The notes beneath the pieces are model-generated. The model did no database searches. It saw nothing but the letters and a program-made list of their open reading frames with translations, and was not told the origin of the DNA. From Vitrella brassicaformis CCMP3155 (lineage: Eukaryota; Protista; Chromerida), in contig CDMY01000688.1 of assembly GCA_001179505.1 (NCBI GenBank), forward strand, positions 124,001 to 188,000: 64,000 nt of DNA, given 5' to 3'. This document shows positions 46,472 to 58,941 of the stretch, in pieces. Both the position numbers and the translations under genes were made by a program. Position 1 is the first letter of the stretch, and each line of letters starts with the position of its first letter.

Positions 46472-47671
46472 ATGCAGAGGATCGTCCAGACATTCGCTGC
46501 GCGGTTGGCTGAGCTGTCGCAGGACATGGCTGCCGAGAAGGCCCGATACGACCGACTGATGCGCGAGATCAAGGTGAGAATGGCAGAGGGGACTCGGAGG
46601 GAAAAGGGGGCGGGTTGATTCGCGTGTTCTCTCTGTGTGTTGTGTGTGTCACAGGCGGTCGCTCCCTTCCTGCGGCCCACGAGTGGTGATGAGTCTATTC
46701 GCTCCATCCGAGTGTCGGAGGACGACGGGCGGCCCGATGTATGTGGTCATCAGCACCACTCAGTCGACTCTTCAGGAGACCGCCAGCAGCCTGCGCAGCC
46801 GATTCGACACGTAAGCGCACAGCCACGAGGGCTCGCACTGACCCGGAACTTCACCCGGGACGACGTCTCGTACATACAAGTTCCCGTCGGCCTGCGGCAA
46901 CACATGGCCTACCTCTACTTCCAGCAGCTGCGGGATGAGACGGCCAAGCAGCACCTTCCTGCCCGGCAGTCTACTGCCCGCCGGCGAGTAGCGAGCGTCC
47001 CCTGTCTGACCAGCGAGCACAACCATACCCGACCTGAACCCCCCATACTTGCAGGCAGACTGGCAGGGAGGCTAGTATAGTGTGGCTGTCCTCTTGGTGT
47101 ACTCACTCTGTGCATCCAGCCAGTCGAGTTCATATACGTGAATCAGCGAACTGAAGGCGCCATGAGGTTGAATTGGTCGTGTGTGTGTGTGTGTGTGTCT
47201 GTGCGCAGTGGCGGCACAGCTCGGCAAGGCGGCAGGTGGATGGGCGAGGTCACGACGACAGCCACTGGTATGCGGATATCGGGCAGTCTGGAGGCCCTCC
47301 CGTCCGACACACTCGGCCCTGTCGCCTTCGTCCGTTATTGGTCGCGCGAAGCTGCCTGAAGGCTTCCTTGCCAACTGTGTGAGCAGCTTACCGTGGCCGT
47401 GACGGACAAGGCCGCTGGGCAGTTCCTGCTGTTTCTGTACCCCGAGCTGGGCGGGCAGAGCAACTGCATTGCCGAGTTCATGACGCCCGGCGAGGCGAAG
47501 GACACCGTGGCTTCTGTGGGGTTGGATGCCTTTGAGGGTCAGAGGAGGGGCAAACCTGAGGCACTGCCACCACTCGAGAGCGTCAGGGGCAGCATCGAGG
47601 GATTTGGTGACGGTGACCCACAACACATGACCACATCACACTCTCTTCTCCCATCTCCTCACTCAGGGTGA
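46472..47671 (+). pseudogene. Hypothetical, probably degenerate multi-exon gene
   Basis: Spliceable pieces MQRIVQTFAARLAELSQDMAAEKARYDRLMREIK|AVAPFLRPT... and AVTDKAAGQFLLFLYPELGGQ..., but a continuous frame could not be built. Confidence 0.35.
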
Positions 47672-48220
47672 ATGTTGGCCATTTTCTCAATGGCGATTTG
47701 TGGATGCGGCGGCCCGCTCTGTCCAGCATGACTGAGACCATCGAACGCACTCACACCTGAGGTACACACACGAGGGCACATATGAGCATTCACTCACTGT
47801 GTTGTGCTGTGTGGTGTGCGTGTGCTGTGTGTGGTGTAATGTAGGTATCGTGCCGCTCTGTCGTTGTGGTGGCTGGGGCCATCGCTTTAGTTACTTTGTT
47901 GATCGTTCGTTCATCACTCGCTATGGACGGCCAGGTTCCCCCCACCTCTCCGTACCAGCCAGCATCGCCCCTGTTCCCTCTGCTGCAGCAGCCCGAGGCC
48001 GATCTCCGCCCCTCTCGCCCCAGGCAATGGAAGAAGAGCCACCCCCACCATGCAGCTCCTGCTGCTGCTGCCCCTGCTTCTGTCGTCACGCCCAAGGCTG
48101 CCCCGATCCGTCCGTCCGGCAGCCGCGGCGCCGGCTGCCCGACGCACAGCCAAAGGCCCCCCTCCCCCTCCTCCCCCCGCATTTCCTCTGCGTTGAGTCG
48201 ACGAGAGGGAGGAGAGTGCA

Positions 48221-48477
48221 GATGACACGGACGATGCCCGTGGTGCGAGGGGACGCTGCACGATATGGCTCGCATTCACGTCCAGCATGATCTCATCCCG
48301 TAGGCATGCACACACGAGTACAACAAGGAAGCACCCCCTGATTTGTTTGTGTGCTGGTTTCAGGACTGAGTGAGGTTTTTGTGTTTCTGGCTATGCATCG
48401 GCTGATTGACGTGATCGTCACATCAGCTGGTGGAGTGGAGGAGGAGTTCATCAAGTGCATGGCCCCCACATTCATCG
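48221..48477 (+). pseudogene. DHPS: Deoxyhypusine synthase fragment (two exons)
   Basis: RCTIWLAFTSSMISS|RLSEVFVFLAMHRLIDVIVTSAGGVEEEFIKCMAPTFIG matches the DHS consensus CTIFLGYTSNLISSGxRE...VDVxVTTAGGVEEDxIKCLAP. Intron 48300-48363. No flanking DHS exons found. Confidence 0.75.
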
Positions 48478-49018
48478 GTCAGACAGATCTATGACGACCA
48501 CACATACACACACAGCCAGCCAGCCAGCACATTGTCTGTGTCTGTCTGTCTCTCTGCACTCACTGCGCAGACGAACACACACACGAGCCACCAGCAAGCC
48601 GTCTACATTCGTGGTGCATTTTTGTGTGTGTGTGTAGGTATGCGTGGTGTGAGGTGCATGTTTCCGGTGACCTTTTCTATGCTGAGAGTGAGTCGCTGCC
48701 CTGTGATAGCACCGTACGGTGTGGTAGAGAGTACGCTGTGACATTTGTCTATCGAGAACATTGGTATGTCTGTCCATTCCCCGTAGCTACGTCGTTACCC
48801 CGAAAGAGAACGCACGGCCCCCACGGAAACATGTGCACGCATGCCCTTCCATGAAGTCAGGCCTTGACGCATGTATTAGCTCTCGAATTAGGACAGTTAG
48901 CCATATAGGATGACCATCAAATAAACTATAACTGTTTTAATGAGTCCACAGCCACAGAACGAAAAAGATGAGCAATGGTCAGCAACATGGCCGATCCAGC
49001 ACGAGGCACATCTGACCG

Positions 49019-51259
49019 TTACTGGGTGCCCGCTATAATCGCTTCTGTCTGATCCAGCACGTGATCCAGCACGTGATCCAGCACGTGATCCAGCACGTGA
49101 TCCAGCGACGCACTCAAGAACTCGGAAGGGCACGTCCGCTCGAGCGATACACCGAACAGCAGCTTCTGGTCGGCATCAGATGGAACGATCCACTTGATTC
49201 TTGTGCCCTCCTCGACCACCATCTCGGTGGGCTCCTCCGTCTCCCCAGCCCTCCCTCTCAGCCACACGCACTTCATCTCCAGTTGCCCGCTGGAGAGTGA
49301 TGCGCTGCTGCCAGGCGAGGATGCGTCAGGGAAGGGATTGCCGACATCAGAGGTGTCGAATTGGATGGCCGGATGCGTCCCCGGCTCTGTTGTTGGTCGC
49401 TTCGGCCCGCGACGGCACTGATAGGCCCACAGGTCGGCCACCTTGCCGTCCTCGATCACCAGGATGAAGAAGTCGTATCGATGGAAGGAATTTTGCGAAG
49501 GCTGCAACAGGAAGGCTGCGGTGCCCTTCTGCAGAGAAGGAGAGCTCTCCAGTTCGTAAGGGAGCCAATCTTGCAGCCAGTTGGCGATATCGTCGGTCGT
49601 CTTCCACCGACCGCTGACAATGTGTCCTCCAAACTGGCACCCCTCGATGACCTGACACAACACGGACACAGAAACATCGATGAATCAATGTATGTATCGC
49701 GACCGACAACTAGCTAGCCAGCCAGGTGTGTGATGTGCTTACAGGAAGCGGCAAGAGCTTTGCAAGTTTGGCCGGGATAGGTGGAATGCGCCTAAATGCT
49801 CCGTCCCGTTCCGCCTTCACACGCAGGTCGCTCTGTAGCATGCGGAGAAGAACTGCCGCCGCACAGGGCCCCTCCCACTGGTATCCTGACTCGTCCGTCG
49901 ACGTAGCGAGTTTCTCCAGGTTCTTGGAGACGCCACAGAGACCGGAGAAGAACCGCTCGCCGAAAATCTTCATGAGGTCGGAAGCCAGCCGGTCGCACAC
50001 ACCGGCGAGATAGCAGGGGGGCCACACATACATCTCGTCGCCCCCCTCCTCGAAGACATCCAACAACACGGACCATCTGCCGATGTCGGCGGGCTGTGTG
50101 GCGCCAGGGAACCTGCCATCCATGGCTGTCGTGATAAAGCGGCCAATAGTTTCTTGACTTCTGGCGGCGACATGTCTGTGAGGGGGTTCAGGACGTCGCC
50201 CGCCATTCTATCGCGACTACGGTAGCGGGTGATCCACAGCAGTGCAGGCGAGCGTCCAACCCAACACACCTCAGCCGGAGTGGCTCGATAGCGGACGTCG
50301 GAGATCACCTCGTCGAGATCGGCCTGTTCGATGAGCGGCAACTGCGGCATTAAGACGTGCCGGTTGCTTCTGGAATTCAGGAACTGCTTGATCTCCTGCG
50401 CGATTGTGGGGACGTGGCTGGAGAAGGCGAAATACCGCCGCCGGCGCGTGAGGAAGTGCTCTCTGAGATACCGGCCCAGCTGGGCCTCCATTGCCGTCCA
50501 CTCTGGCCCGCCCTGCCGAGTGACGACCGCGTTGAGCTCATCTATGAGCAGCACCAGAGGGTTGTTGCCCAGCCACTCATCGATCACCTCCTCGTCGACA
50601 GACACATGCTTGATCCAGTTCCAGAAACGCAGCGTGTCAACGTCCACATTTGCCGCCCGTGCCACCCGCTCTCGCGTCTCGTTGGTCGCCGCTTTCCACG
50701 CCAGCCGCAGAAGCAACGACTCCACCAATGATTGCTTGGGTAATTCGCCGTCCTTCGGAAATGAGTAGGCTGATTCATCATTGAACGAGACGAAGATGGC
50801 AGGCCTCCCCTCGCTGTACAGCTTTCTACCGAGCTCCACGAGAAACCGAGTCTTGCCCCCGCGAGAGAAGCGCGTGAATGTCATGGGTGGTATACGATCG
50901 CCGCCGAAATCGTCTTCGGCTTGCTCGTACTTGGGCAGCAGCATTGAATAGGCGCGATCGAGATACTTGCCGCCAATGAATGTCGCAGGACTTATGGTCA
51001 CGTTCACCTCGGGCGGCGGCGGCGGCAGGTCAGCAATGGGCACGAGGCTACCCACTGTGAGCTTGACAACGCGTTCTGCAGACGAAGCACCGACACGCCA
51101 CACACGCGACATGAACATTCGCGCATCTACAGGTGCCTGCCCACGTGTGTGTGTGTGTGTGAATGTGCGCCCACCCTCCGGAGCCGCTTTGCCGGCTTCC
51201 TCCAACGTTCCGCCGACCCTGTCAGACTCTGTTGACGACCACCTGACAAACACACACAC

Positions 51260-51294
<35 letters not shown>

Positions 51295-51747
51295 GGGGCC
51301 ATGATTCATGTGCCTGTCGGTGTGTGCACAGTATCTGGGTATCTATCTGTCTATCAGTGCATGGCATGCAATGCACCTGGCTGCCCCAGCCGCCCGCCGT
51401 CTTCTGATGGGAGAGGCCAGCGACAGCGGTGTGGAGGGATAGCCCACCTGAGTGAACACACACACACGTCCGCAAAGCCCTCACTACATTCCCTCACTGT
51501 CCAGCCACCCACCCACCCAGCGCACCTGAGGGTGATGGGCATCAACACGATGGTTTCGACGCCCTGACATCGTTCCGACGAAGGCAGCCTCCCCCGTAGC
51601 TCTCCCGTATCGTGCATTGTGTGCGCGCACGCGCATCCCGTCGAGCTGAGGGACCATCATCTGGCTGTGTGGCGATGCGGCACCGGTCACATCGATGCAC
51701 GACGAGAGGGCGAGGACGACACCGACGAGCTGGGACGGGAGAGCCAT
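49019..51747 (-). CDS. Crinkler/RHS-type (CR) P-loop NTPase plus PD-(D/E)xK-like nuclease, with signal peptide and transit-peptide-like leader; one frameshift (about 50144-50149)
   Basis: Exons 51747-51526, 51447-51377, 51242-51175, 51075-49743, 49651-49019, all phase-compatible. Walker A variant RFSRGGKT; Walker B LVLLIDE; nuclease-like PSQNSFHRYDFFILV...LWAYQCRRG. Confidence 0.7.
49051..49106. repeat. 12-bp tandem repeat (gatccagcacgt)x4 plus partial, encoding (LDHV)n at the C-terminus of the NTPase-nuclease
   Basis: Units at 49051, 49063, 49075 and 49087, partial at 49099. Confidence 0.95.
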
Positions 51748-53406
51748 TAAATGAGCGTGTGTGTGCAGGCCAGTAGCTACAGTGATGCAGAGCAGAAAGC
51801 TGTACAGCGAGAGCGCCGCGACGACGGATGAGACACGACCACAGATACGCTGGACAGATCGACGGACTAGACGAATGAACGGGCAGGGAAAGAGAGAGCG
51901 GGTCGGTCGGTTATGGGTGCCAGGGAGATCTGCGAGCTGTCAAGGCGGTTTTCTGGGTTTCGAAACCCTGCAGGTTTTGGGATGCAACCGACTCGGGTAC
52001 ATGTGCATGTACGCATACGTGTGTGCATCCTGCCCGTGCACGGCGAGTGCACCGCGGTAGAGACACACTGTGCATGGCATGGCATGGCATGGCATGGCAT
52101 GCAACACCTCCTTGTTCACTCACTCAAAGCACATGCATGCCATGCGCTCTCTATCTACCAGCTTGCTTATTCAGCTAATTCACAACAAAGCATGCATATA
52201 ATACACTACAATACACTACAATACAGTGTGAACACACCAACAGCAAAAGGGCTGACTGGTGTCTGTCGGTCTGTCTGTCGGTCTGTCGGTCTGCTTGGCC
52301 TCACTCTATGACGGCCCCTTGTTCACAACAACAACAGTGTGTGTAGGCTGGATGGGGATAGCTAGATAGGTGGATGACAAACACACCCTTCTATCACACA
52401 AACCTTGCCCAAGCCACACCTCACTTGAGAGTGGTCAGCCGGGCGCAGGTAAGGGCTTCAGACGAATGCATCTGTCGCACACGTCGGAAAACATTACCAG
52501 CGCCCAGCTGACCACACACCCAAGAGAGCAAGCAGCGCCCAATATACTGAGACCGACCGGTGTGGACAAAAGGTAGGACAACACAGATCACATCCACTGG
52601 CACCCAATAAGCACATCAAGACAGCTAGCTGCCGTTCCCTGTCATTTCTCGGCTAGTCCTGGTGTGTGGTATGCTGCACAGCCGCAACGCTTGTCGACGG
52701 ATGCATTCGTCGCACCGTCGCTGTGCGTTGGAGCTGTCCATCGCACCACACATCGAACCAGGCCAGGGCAATCTCGAGATGTGTGGTGAACATATCACAT
52801 GACATGCACGACACCGTGATGAACAGACAGGACGTCTCTCAAGACGCCGCGCTCGCTCCGCCCTCCAAAGGTGTGGTCTGTCGGGGACGTGCAAGCGGCT
52901 TCCCACGGGTGCAATCAGCGCACCTGCCGAAACAACTTGCACATCGCCAGCAAACCACATCTTTCGAGAGCAACAACAGATCCATTCATTGTATGAGTGT
53001 TTCTTCCTTGGCGCGCTGCCTCGCTGTTGCAAAAAGGTACACAACAGTCAGTCAGTCAGTCAGGAGCAGACGGACGGCGACACGCACGGAGGAGACGTAT
53101 ATATGTACAGGGTACTATCAACAGGCGATCGACAGGGTGGCTAGTTTACAGACGGGATGGACGGCACGGCACCGCACGCAGACAAAAAGAGGGAGGCAGG
53201 GAGCACCGTTGCAGTCAGTCACACCCGCACAAAAAGACAGACAGACAGACAGACAGGAGAGAGAACAGTGCAAACAAAACTGACCCATCCCTCCCATCCA
53301 CCGACGCACACAACACACAACACACGCACATACACACATTACACTTGCATCCCCTGACTGACTGTCCGTATGAGCGATAGACACCGTGTGTGGATCCATC
53401 CATCCA

Positions 53407-54540
53407 TCAGCCCTGTGTGGCCGGCATTGCTACGTGCATGAGGGGCACACCGACGCCGCTCTCGTCTCGCTGGCCGTGGTCGTGGTTGTGTGTCTGGTGG
53501 CCACCCACCTCAACCTCGGCCTTCATCGGTGCTGCACACACACAACAGACAGAGCATATGTATGAAGACGCTCTACCCTCTCCCTCGCCCCATAGCTATG
53601 GCATATATATACCCAGGTGCGAGAGGATGATGGACCAGCAGAACGACACGCCCGCCACCCAGGCAATCCTGAACTGTGGCGGTATGACGGCGAAGGTCAT
53701 GATGTGACCGGGCGTCCACAGCATCCAGTAGTGGGGCAGCACCGAGGCGGCCTCTCCCCTGTACTCATAGAGGCCCTCCAGAGGCCGCTTGCCGTTCAGC
53801 ACCGCCTTGAAGACGTAATACACGGGGAAGTAACTCAGCGGCGTGTGCACAAACAGCTCACACAACACCTGCAGACACACGTAGACACCCATGAAGGCCT
53901 TCGTGCACATTACACTGTGTGTGCGAGTTGCCCTCATATATCCCTACCGTACTTACCTTCCTGGTGACCACGACAAGGCTGCATCCGGTGCCAAGGAAGC
54001 GAGGGAACACCACGTTGTACCAGAAGTGCTGGGCACACCCCTGCAGTGCACGCAATACAACAACACAACACATACACACACAGTGGCATAAATGACACAT
54101 CAGTCGTGTCAGTCAGTCATCGCTGCACTAGCTAAATGGCCGTCCTTCATGTGGCTTGTCGGCCTCTCTCACCGTGTACGCTGCGCCAAAGAGGGCGAAT
54201 TTGGCGTTGCGCGCCACATCCAGCGACTCACAGCCCTCCACATTCCGCTGAGTGATCACGTCGCTCGCACTCGCCTGCACACGCCATACGTACAGATGCG
54301 CCATGCATGGATTCGGTGAAAGGACCGGCAGTTTGTTTGTGTCTGTCTGTGTCGACCAACACACCTTTATGCCACATGTTGCGAAGGCCATCAAGTAGGG
54401 CCAGTCGTCATACTTGGCCTTGTACCTGCACACATTCACAGACGGACACAGACAATTGATATCCTCTTGCGTGAGCGCACAGAAGTCCATTCGTTTTGTT
54501 CTCGCACTCACCATTGGAAGAAGCGCCTGAACACCTTCAT
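53407..54540 (-). CDS. Mpv17/PMP22 family membrane protein; 6 exons
   Basis: MKVFRRFFQW|YKAKYDDWPYLMAFATCGIK|ASASDVITQ...LDVARNAKFALFG|GCAQHFWYNVVFPRF|...YWMLWTPGHIMTFAVIPPQFRIAWVAGVSFCWSIILS, the typical family motifs. Splice phases are consistent. Confidence 0.88.
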
Positions 54541-54823
54541 CGCGGCTTTGCTTGCACGTCTACCACTGGAGGCCGAGGGAAGCTGCCCGGCTTCGTCTCT
54601 CTTCTCCTCCTCGTGCGAGCTGCTGCGGCGGCGCGAGCTAAGCCGCGGAAAGGGCGGAGTCGAAACGGCTGTGCTTTGCTGTAACCCGTCGTCTCAGCGA
54701 GTCACAAGATCTCACTCTTCACTGCTGAATTGGTGAATTGCCTCTATCTCGTCAATCAATCAGTCCATCAGTGACTGACAGTCGACTGACAGCACTTATT
54801 GGCACTGCACGACTTAGTCCACG

Positions 54824-56733
54824 ATGTCGCAGTTCCGCGAGACGTTCACCAAGGAGGAGAAGAAGGACCCGCTGCTCGACTACGATGACAGCGCCTTCCT
54901 CTACTTCGCCGGCTCCTTGCTGCTGTGTGTGCTCATCCCGTGGACCTACTGCTTCGTCAGCGCTTTGCTCTTTCCCTACAACTCTGTCGCTGCACGCGAG
55001 TTCCCTGTCAAGTCGCGGAGTGGGAGTGTGTATCGCTACTGCCAGTGCTCCTTCGACGTCACACGAGTGGAGAATGCCAAGAAGGTACGTACGTACGTAC
55101 GTACGTGAGGGTGGAAAGGAAGTGTGGGTGAAGGAAGTGCCCCTGATGTGATTGATGGTGGGCTGGCTGGCTGATGAGTGGGGAATGTTTGTTTGTTTGT
55201 TTCTGTCTGTCTGTCTGTCCGTCGTGACATAACGGTGTCATCAGCGAGCTGCGAGTTGGAAGAACCGCCTGACTGTCAGCTTCGTCCTCCAGCTCATTGC
55301 ACTCATAGGGTGAGTGCGCAGACAGACAGACGACAACAAACAGCGGCCGGCCGGCCGATCCCGCGCAATGCAATGCAATTGCGTGTGTGGTGTGTGTTGT
55401 GTTGGCATGGCAGGTTGTGGTACTCGTTCTACCTGTTGAGTCAGCAGCTGAGTGGGGAGAAGGAAATACAGGCCTTCGACCCCTACGCAATACTAGAAAT
55501 ATCTATGGGTCAGTTCGTGGGGGGACCACTCAATGACACACACACACACACCACACACCACACACACCACACACACCACACACACTCTCCTCTCTCTGTG
55601 TGTTGTGCCGACCCACAGGTGCGTCCGACCGTGAGATCAAGAAGGCGTATCGGTTCATGTCGCTCAAGTACCACCCCGACAAGAACCCCAATGATCCTCT
55701 GGCCGCATCAAAGTTCCTGCTCATTTCCAAAGCATACCAGGCGCTCACTGACGAAGTGAGTGAAGTGACCGACACACACACACACACACACACACACACA
55801 AGGACGGACTGCTGAAAGCAGAGGCAGGATGTGTGTGTGTGCGCGCGTGTCTGTGTGTGTGGTCAGGTGGCGAAGATGAATTGGGAGAAGTACGGCAACC
55901 CCGACGGGCCGGGCACCATGAAGGTCGGGATCGGACTGCCGAGGTCAGCACACACACACAGACAGCCACGACACGCACACAGACAGCCACGACAGACAGA
56001 CAGACAGACAGAGAGACAGAGAGGGCTCCGACGTGCCCGCCGTTTTGTCTGTCTGTCTGTCGTTCTATCAGGTTTCTGTTGGAGGAGGATCAGCACTTGT
56101 TGATCCTGTGCACCTTCTTCATCTTCCTCCTCTTCTTCGTCCCCCTCACTTTCATCTGCTACTACCAGAGACAAAAGAAATACGCTCGTACGGACGTCGG
56201 GCGTGGCATTCTTACAAACATCAACCACAACAGACGCGCACAACAGACGCGCACACACACTGTGCACTGTGTGTGTGTGGTTGTCTTTGATGGTGTGTGC
56301 TCACCAGCCACTGGTGTGCAGGTCGACACGCTCCACTTTCTCTCCTACTACCTGACCGACGGCACCCGCGTCAAGAACGCACCCGAGTTCGTCGCGGCCT
56401 CTGCCGAATCGAGAGAGCTGCAACTCAGGTGCGGTGCGCGTGTGCTTTCACCCAGTGGACGGACACATGCATATGTCACATCTCTGTGTCTGTCGTTGCC
56501 TGCAGGCCGACTGACAACGAGGAGATGGCTGTGGTGATCCGTGAGGTGGTGGAGCCCAAGAAGCGGCAGTTCACGCAGCCCATTATAGTGCGGAACTACT
56601 TCCTCATTCTGGCACACATGCAGCGACTGCACGACAAACTGTCACCCTCCCTGCAGGTGGGGAACCACCACACACACACACATACACACACACACACACA
56701 CACGACGCGCAACACGCAATGACCTACCATCGA

Positions 56734-56771
<38 letters not shown>

Positions 56772-58941
56772 TGCAGAGTGACTTGAATGCGCTGTTGTCG
56801 GCGTCTCTGAAGATCACGCAGTCGATGATCGAGATAGCGCAGCTGAGGGAGTGGATCCTCACCGCGCAGTCCATGGTGGAGTTCAGAAGGGGAATGGTCC
56901 AGGCGCTCGACGTCAAGAGCAGCAGCCTACTACAAATACCCCACTTCGACGAGGAACTGCTCAAACACTGTCACAAAGGTCGGTCGAGAGTGGGTCGGTG
57001 GCTGTCGGGTGTGTGTATGAGTCTGTGAGTCTGTGTGTGTGTGTGTGATGTGTGTGGTTTAGGGAAGAATGCGGTGCGGGATTTGACCGAGTTCATATCT
57101 CAGACGCCGGAAGAGCGGAAAGGCCTCTCCAAGATGAACCCACAACAACTCGTACACTACACACACAAGTCCATTGATTGCCTCTGTGCCTGCCCTGCCC
57201 TGCACTGTTGTGGTGTGCTGTGTGTATTGTGTCGTGTGTGGTGGTGGTGGTTGGCGGGTCAGGCTGACGTGCAGGCCTTCTGCTCCCACGTGTCCGATAT
57301 GGAGCTCTCGGCAGCGATATGTGTCCAGGACGAGGTATATCAGTCTGTCTGTCTGTCAACATACACACGACCGATGCGTCACAGAGGGCGGCCACACTCC
57401 TGCCTCTCTCTGTGTGTCTGTGTCTGTGTCTGTGTGTGCAGGAGGAGATCGTTGAGGGTGATGTGGCCACTGTGACGGTCAAACTAGTCCGGAAGAACCT
57501 CCTGGCAACCCTCTGCACACACCATTCACAGCACAGCCACCATGCCCTGTGTGTACCGATTTGATTGGATGGTCCGTCCGTCTGTGTGTGTGTGTGTGTG
57601 TGTGTGTGTAGGATGGGGAGGCGATGGGTCCGGTGCACGCGCCGTTCTTCCCAGACACCAAGTTTGAGGAGTGGTGGATATTCCTCACAGACAAAGCTAG
57701 TGGTCCGTCCGTCCGTCAGCTGATCCATCCGTCCATCCACCACCCACCCCACCCACAACACTGACGCCATCCCATCCGGATCGTCTGTGTCTTGATGTCA
57801 TGTGTGTGTGCAGGTGGCTTGATAGCTCAGGCCCGAAGCCGCTCGCCGGAGAAGTACGTTGAGGAGCAGCTGCAGTTCCAGGTGCCAACCAAGCAGGGCA
57901 GCGGCAAGATGGTCCTGCTCGTCACGGCCATGTGCGACAGCTACTCGGGAATCGACAGAACCACCGAAGTCGAATACAAGGGTGGGTGGGTGGGTGGGTG
58001 GNNNNNNNNNNNNNNNNNNNNNNNNNNNNNNNNNNNNNNNNNNNNNNNNNNNNNNNNNNNNNNNNNNNNNNNNNNNNNNNNNNNNNNNNNNNNNNNNNNN
58101 NNNNNNNNNNNNNNNNNNNNNNNNNNNNNNNNNNNNNNNNNNNNNNNNNNNNNNNNNNNNNNNNNNNNNNNNNNNNNNNNNNNNNNNNNNNNNNNNNNNN
58201 NNNNNNNNNNNNNNNNNNNNNNNNNNNNNNNNNNNNNNNNNNNNNNNNNNNNNNNNNNNNNNNNNNNNNNNNNNNNNNNNNNNNNNNNNNNNNNNNNNNN
58301 NAATACAAGGGTGGGTGGGTGGGTGGGTGGGTCGCCACCATGCCCCTTGTGTCGTGGATGGATGGATGTGTGTGTGTGTGCAGTGTTCGGTGACAGTGAG
58401 GTGAAGCGCAGCGTCTACGTGCATCCTGAGGACGAGGCGCTCGACAGCGAGCCCACACTCTTCCAACAGATGCTCGGTGCGTGGGCGTGGAAGTGAGGGC
58501 GGCCAAGCGGCGCACACCTGACCTGACGTGGTGTGGTGTTGTGTTGTGTGGGTCGATGCGATTCGTGTGTGGCTTGCATTGCAGGTGCGTATGGCGAGGA
58601 GGAGGAGAGCGAGGATGAGGATGAGGACCAGCGCGCCGCCGCCAAGAAGATACAACAGAAAAAGTATGTGTCTACCACACACACAGGCCGGCACACGCCT
58701 TGAGAACACCTTGTGTGTGTGTGTGTACGTGTGTGTGTGTAGGTTGAAGTCGATGAGCGGCGATTTGAACGGTCGTCCGAGCGGCGACAACCCACAGGGC
58801 GGAGCCATGGACGACGAATACGTAATAGCCCACCTAGCAAACTCCTCTGCGTACGTCACGTCTGTGTGTGTGCAGGAGGACTATGTCCCCGAGGCGGAGG
58901 CCGACATCCCCACTGACGACGACGACGAGTACGACGGATGA
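54824..58941 (+). CDS. SEC63: ER translocon subunit Sec63 (J-domain plus Sec63/Brl domain); about 17 exons
   Basis: [11 protein letters not shown]; FDPYAILEI|[22 protein letters not shown] (HPD motif); [10 protein letters not shown]; GIGLP; [18 protein letters not shown]; CDSYSGID; acidic tail. Confidence 0.95.
58002..58301. other. Assembly gap (300 N) inside a SEC63 intron
   Basis: Both flanks carry aatacaagggtgggtggg..., suggesting an unresolved (GGGT)n repeat. Confidence 0.98.

Larger units (their letters stand above)
46214..51980. repeat. Direct repeat of about 170 bp (46214-46380 and 51807-51980), upstream of the Def1-like gene and of the NTPase-nuclease gene
   Basis: gcgagagcgccgcgacgacggatgagacacgaccacag...gggtttcgaaaccctgcaggttt; contains the perfect palindrome gggtttcgaaaccc. 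Confidence 0.9.

Noticed and set aside
52430-53000. Possible exons of a small minus-strand gene
   Set aside because: Splice-like sites exist, but no consistent frame or recognisable motif.
57970-58335. Tandem duplication of a SEC63 exon end
   Set aside because: Identical flanks on both sides of a fixed 300-N gap indicate an assembly artefact.
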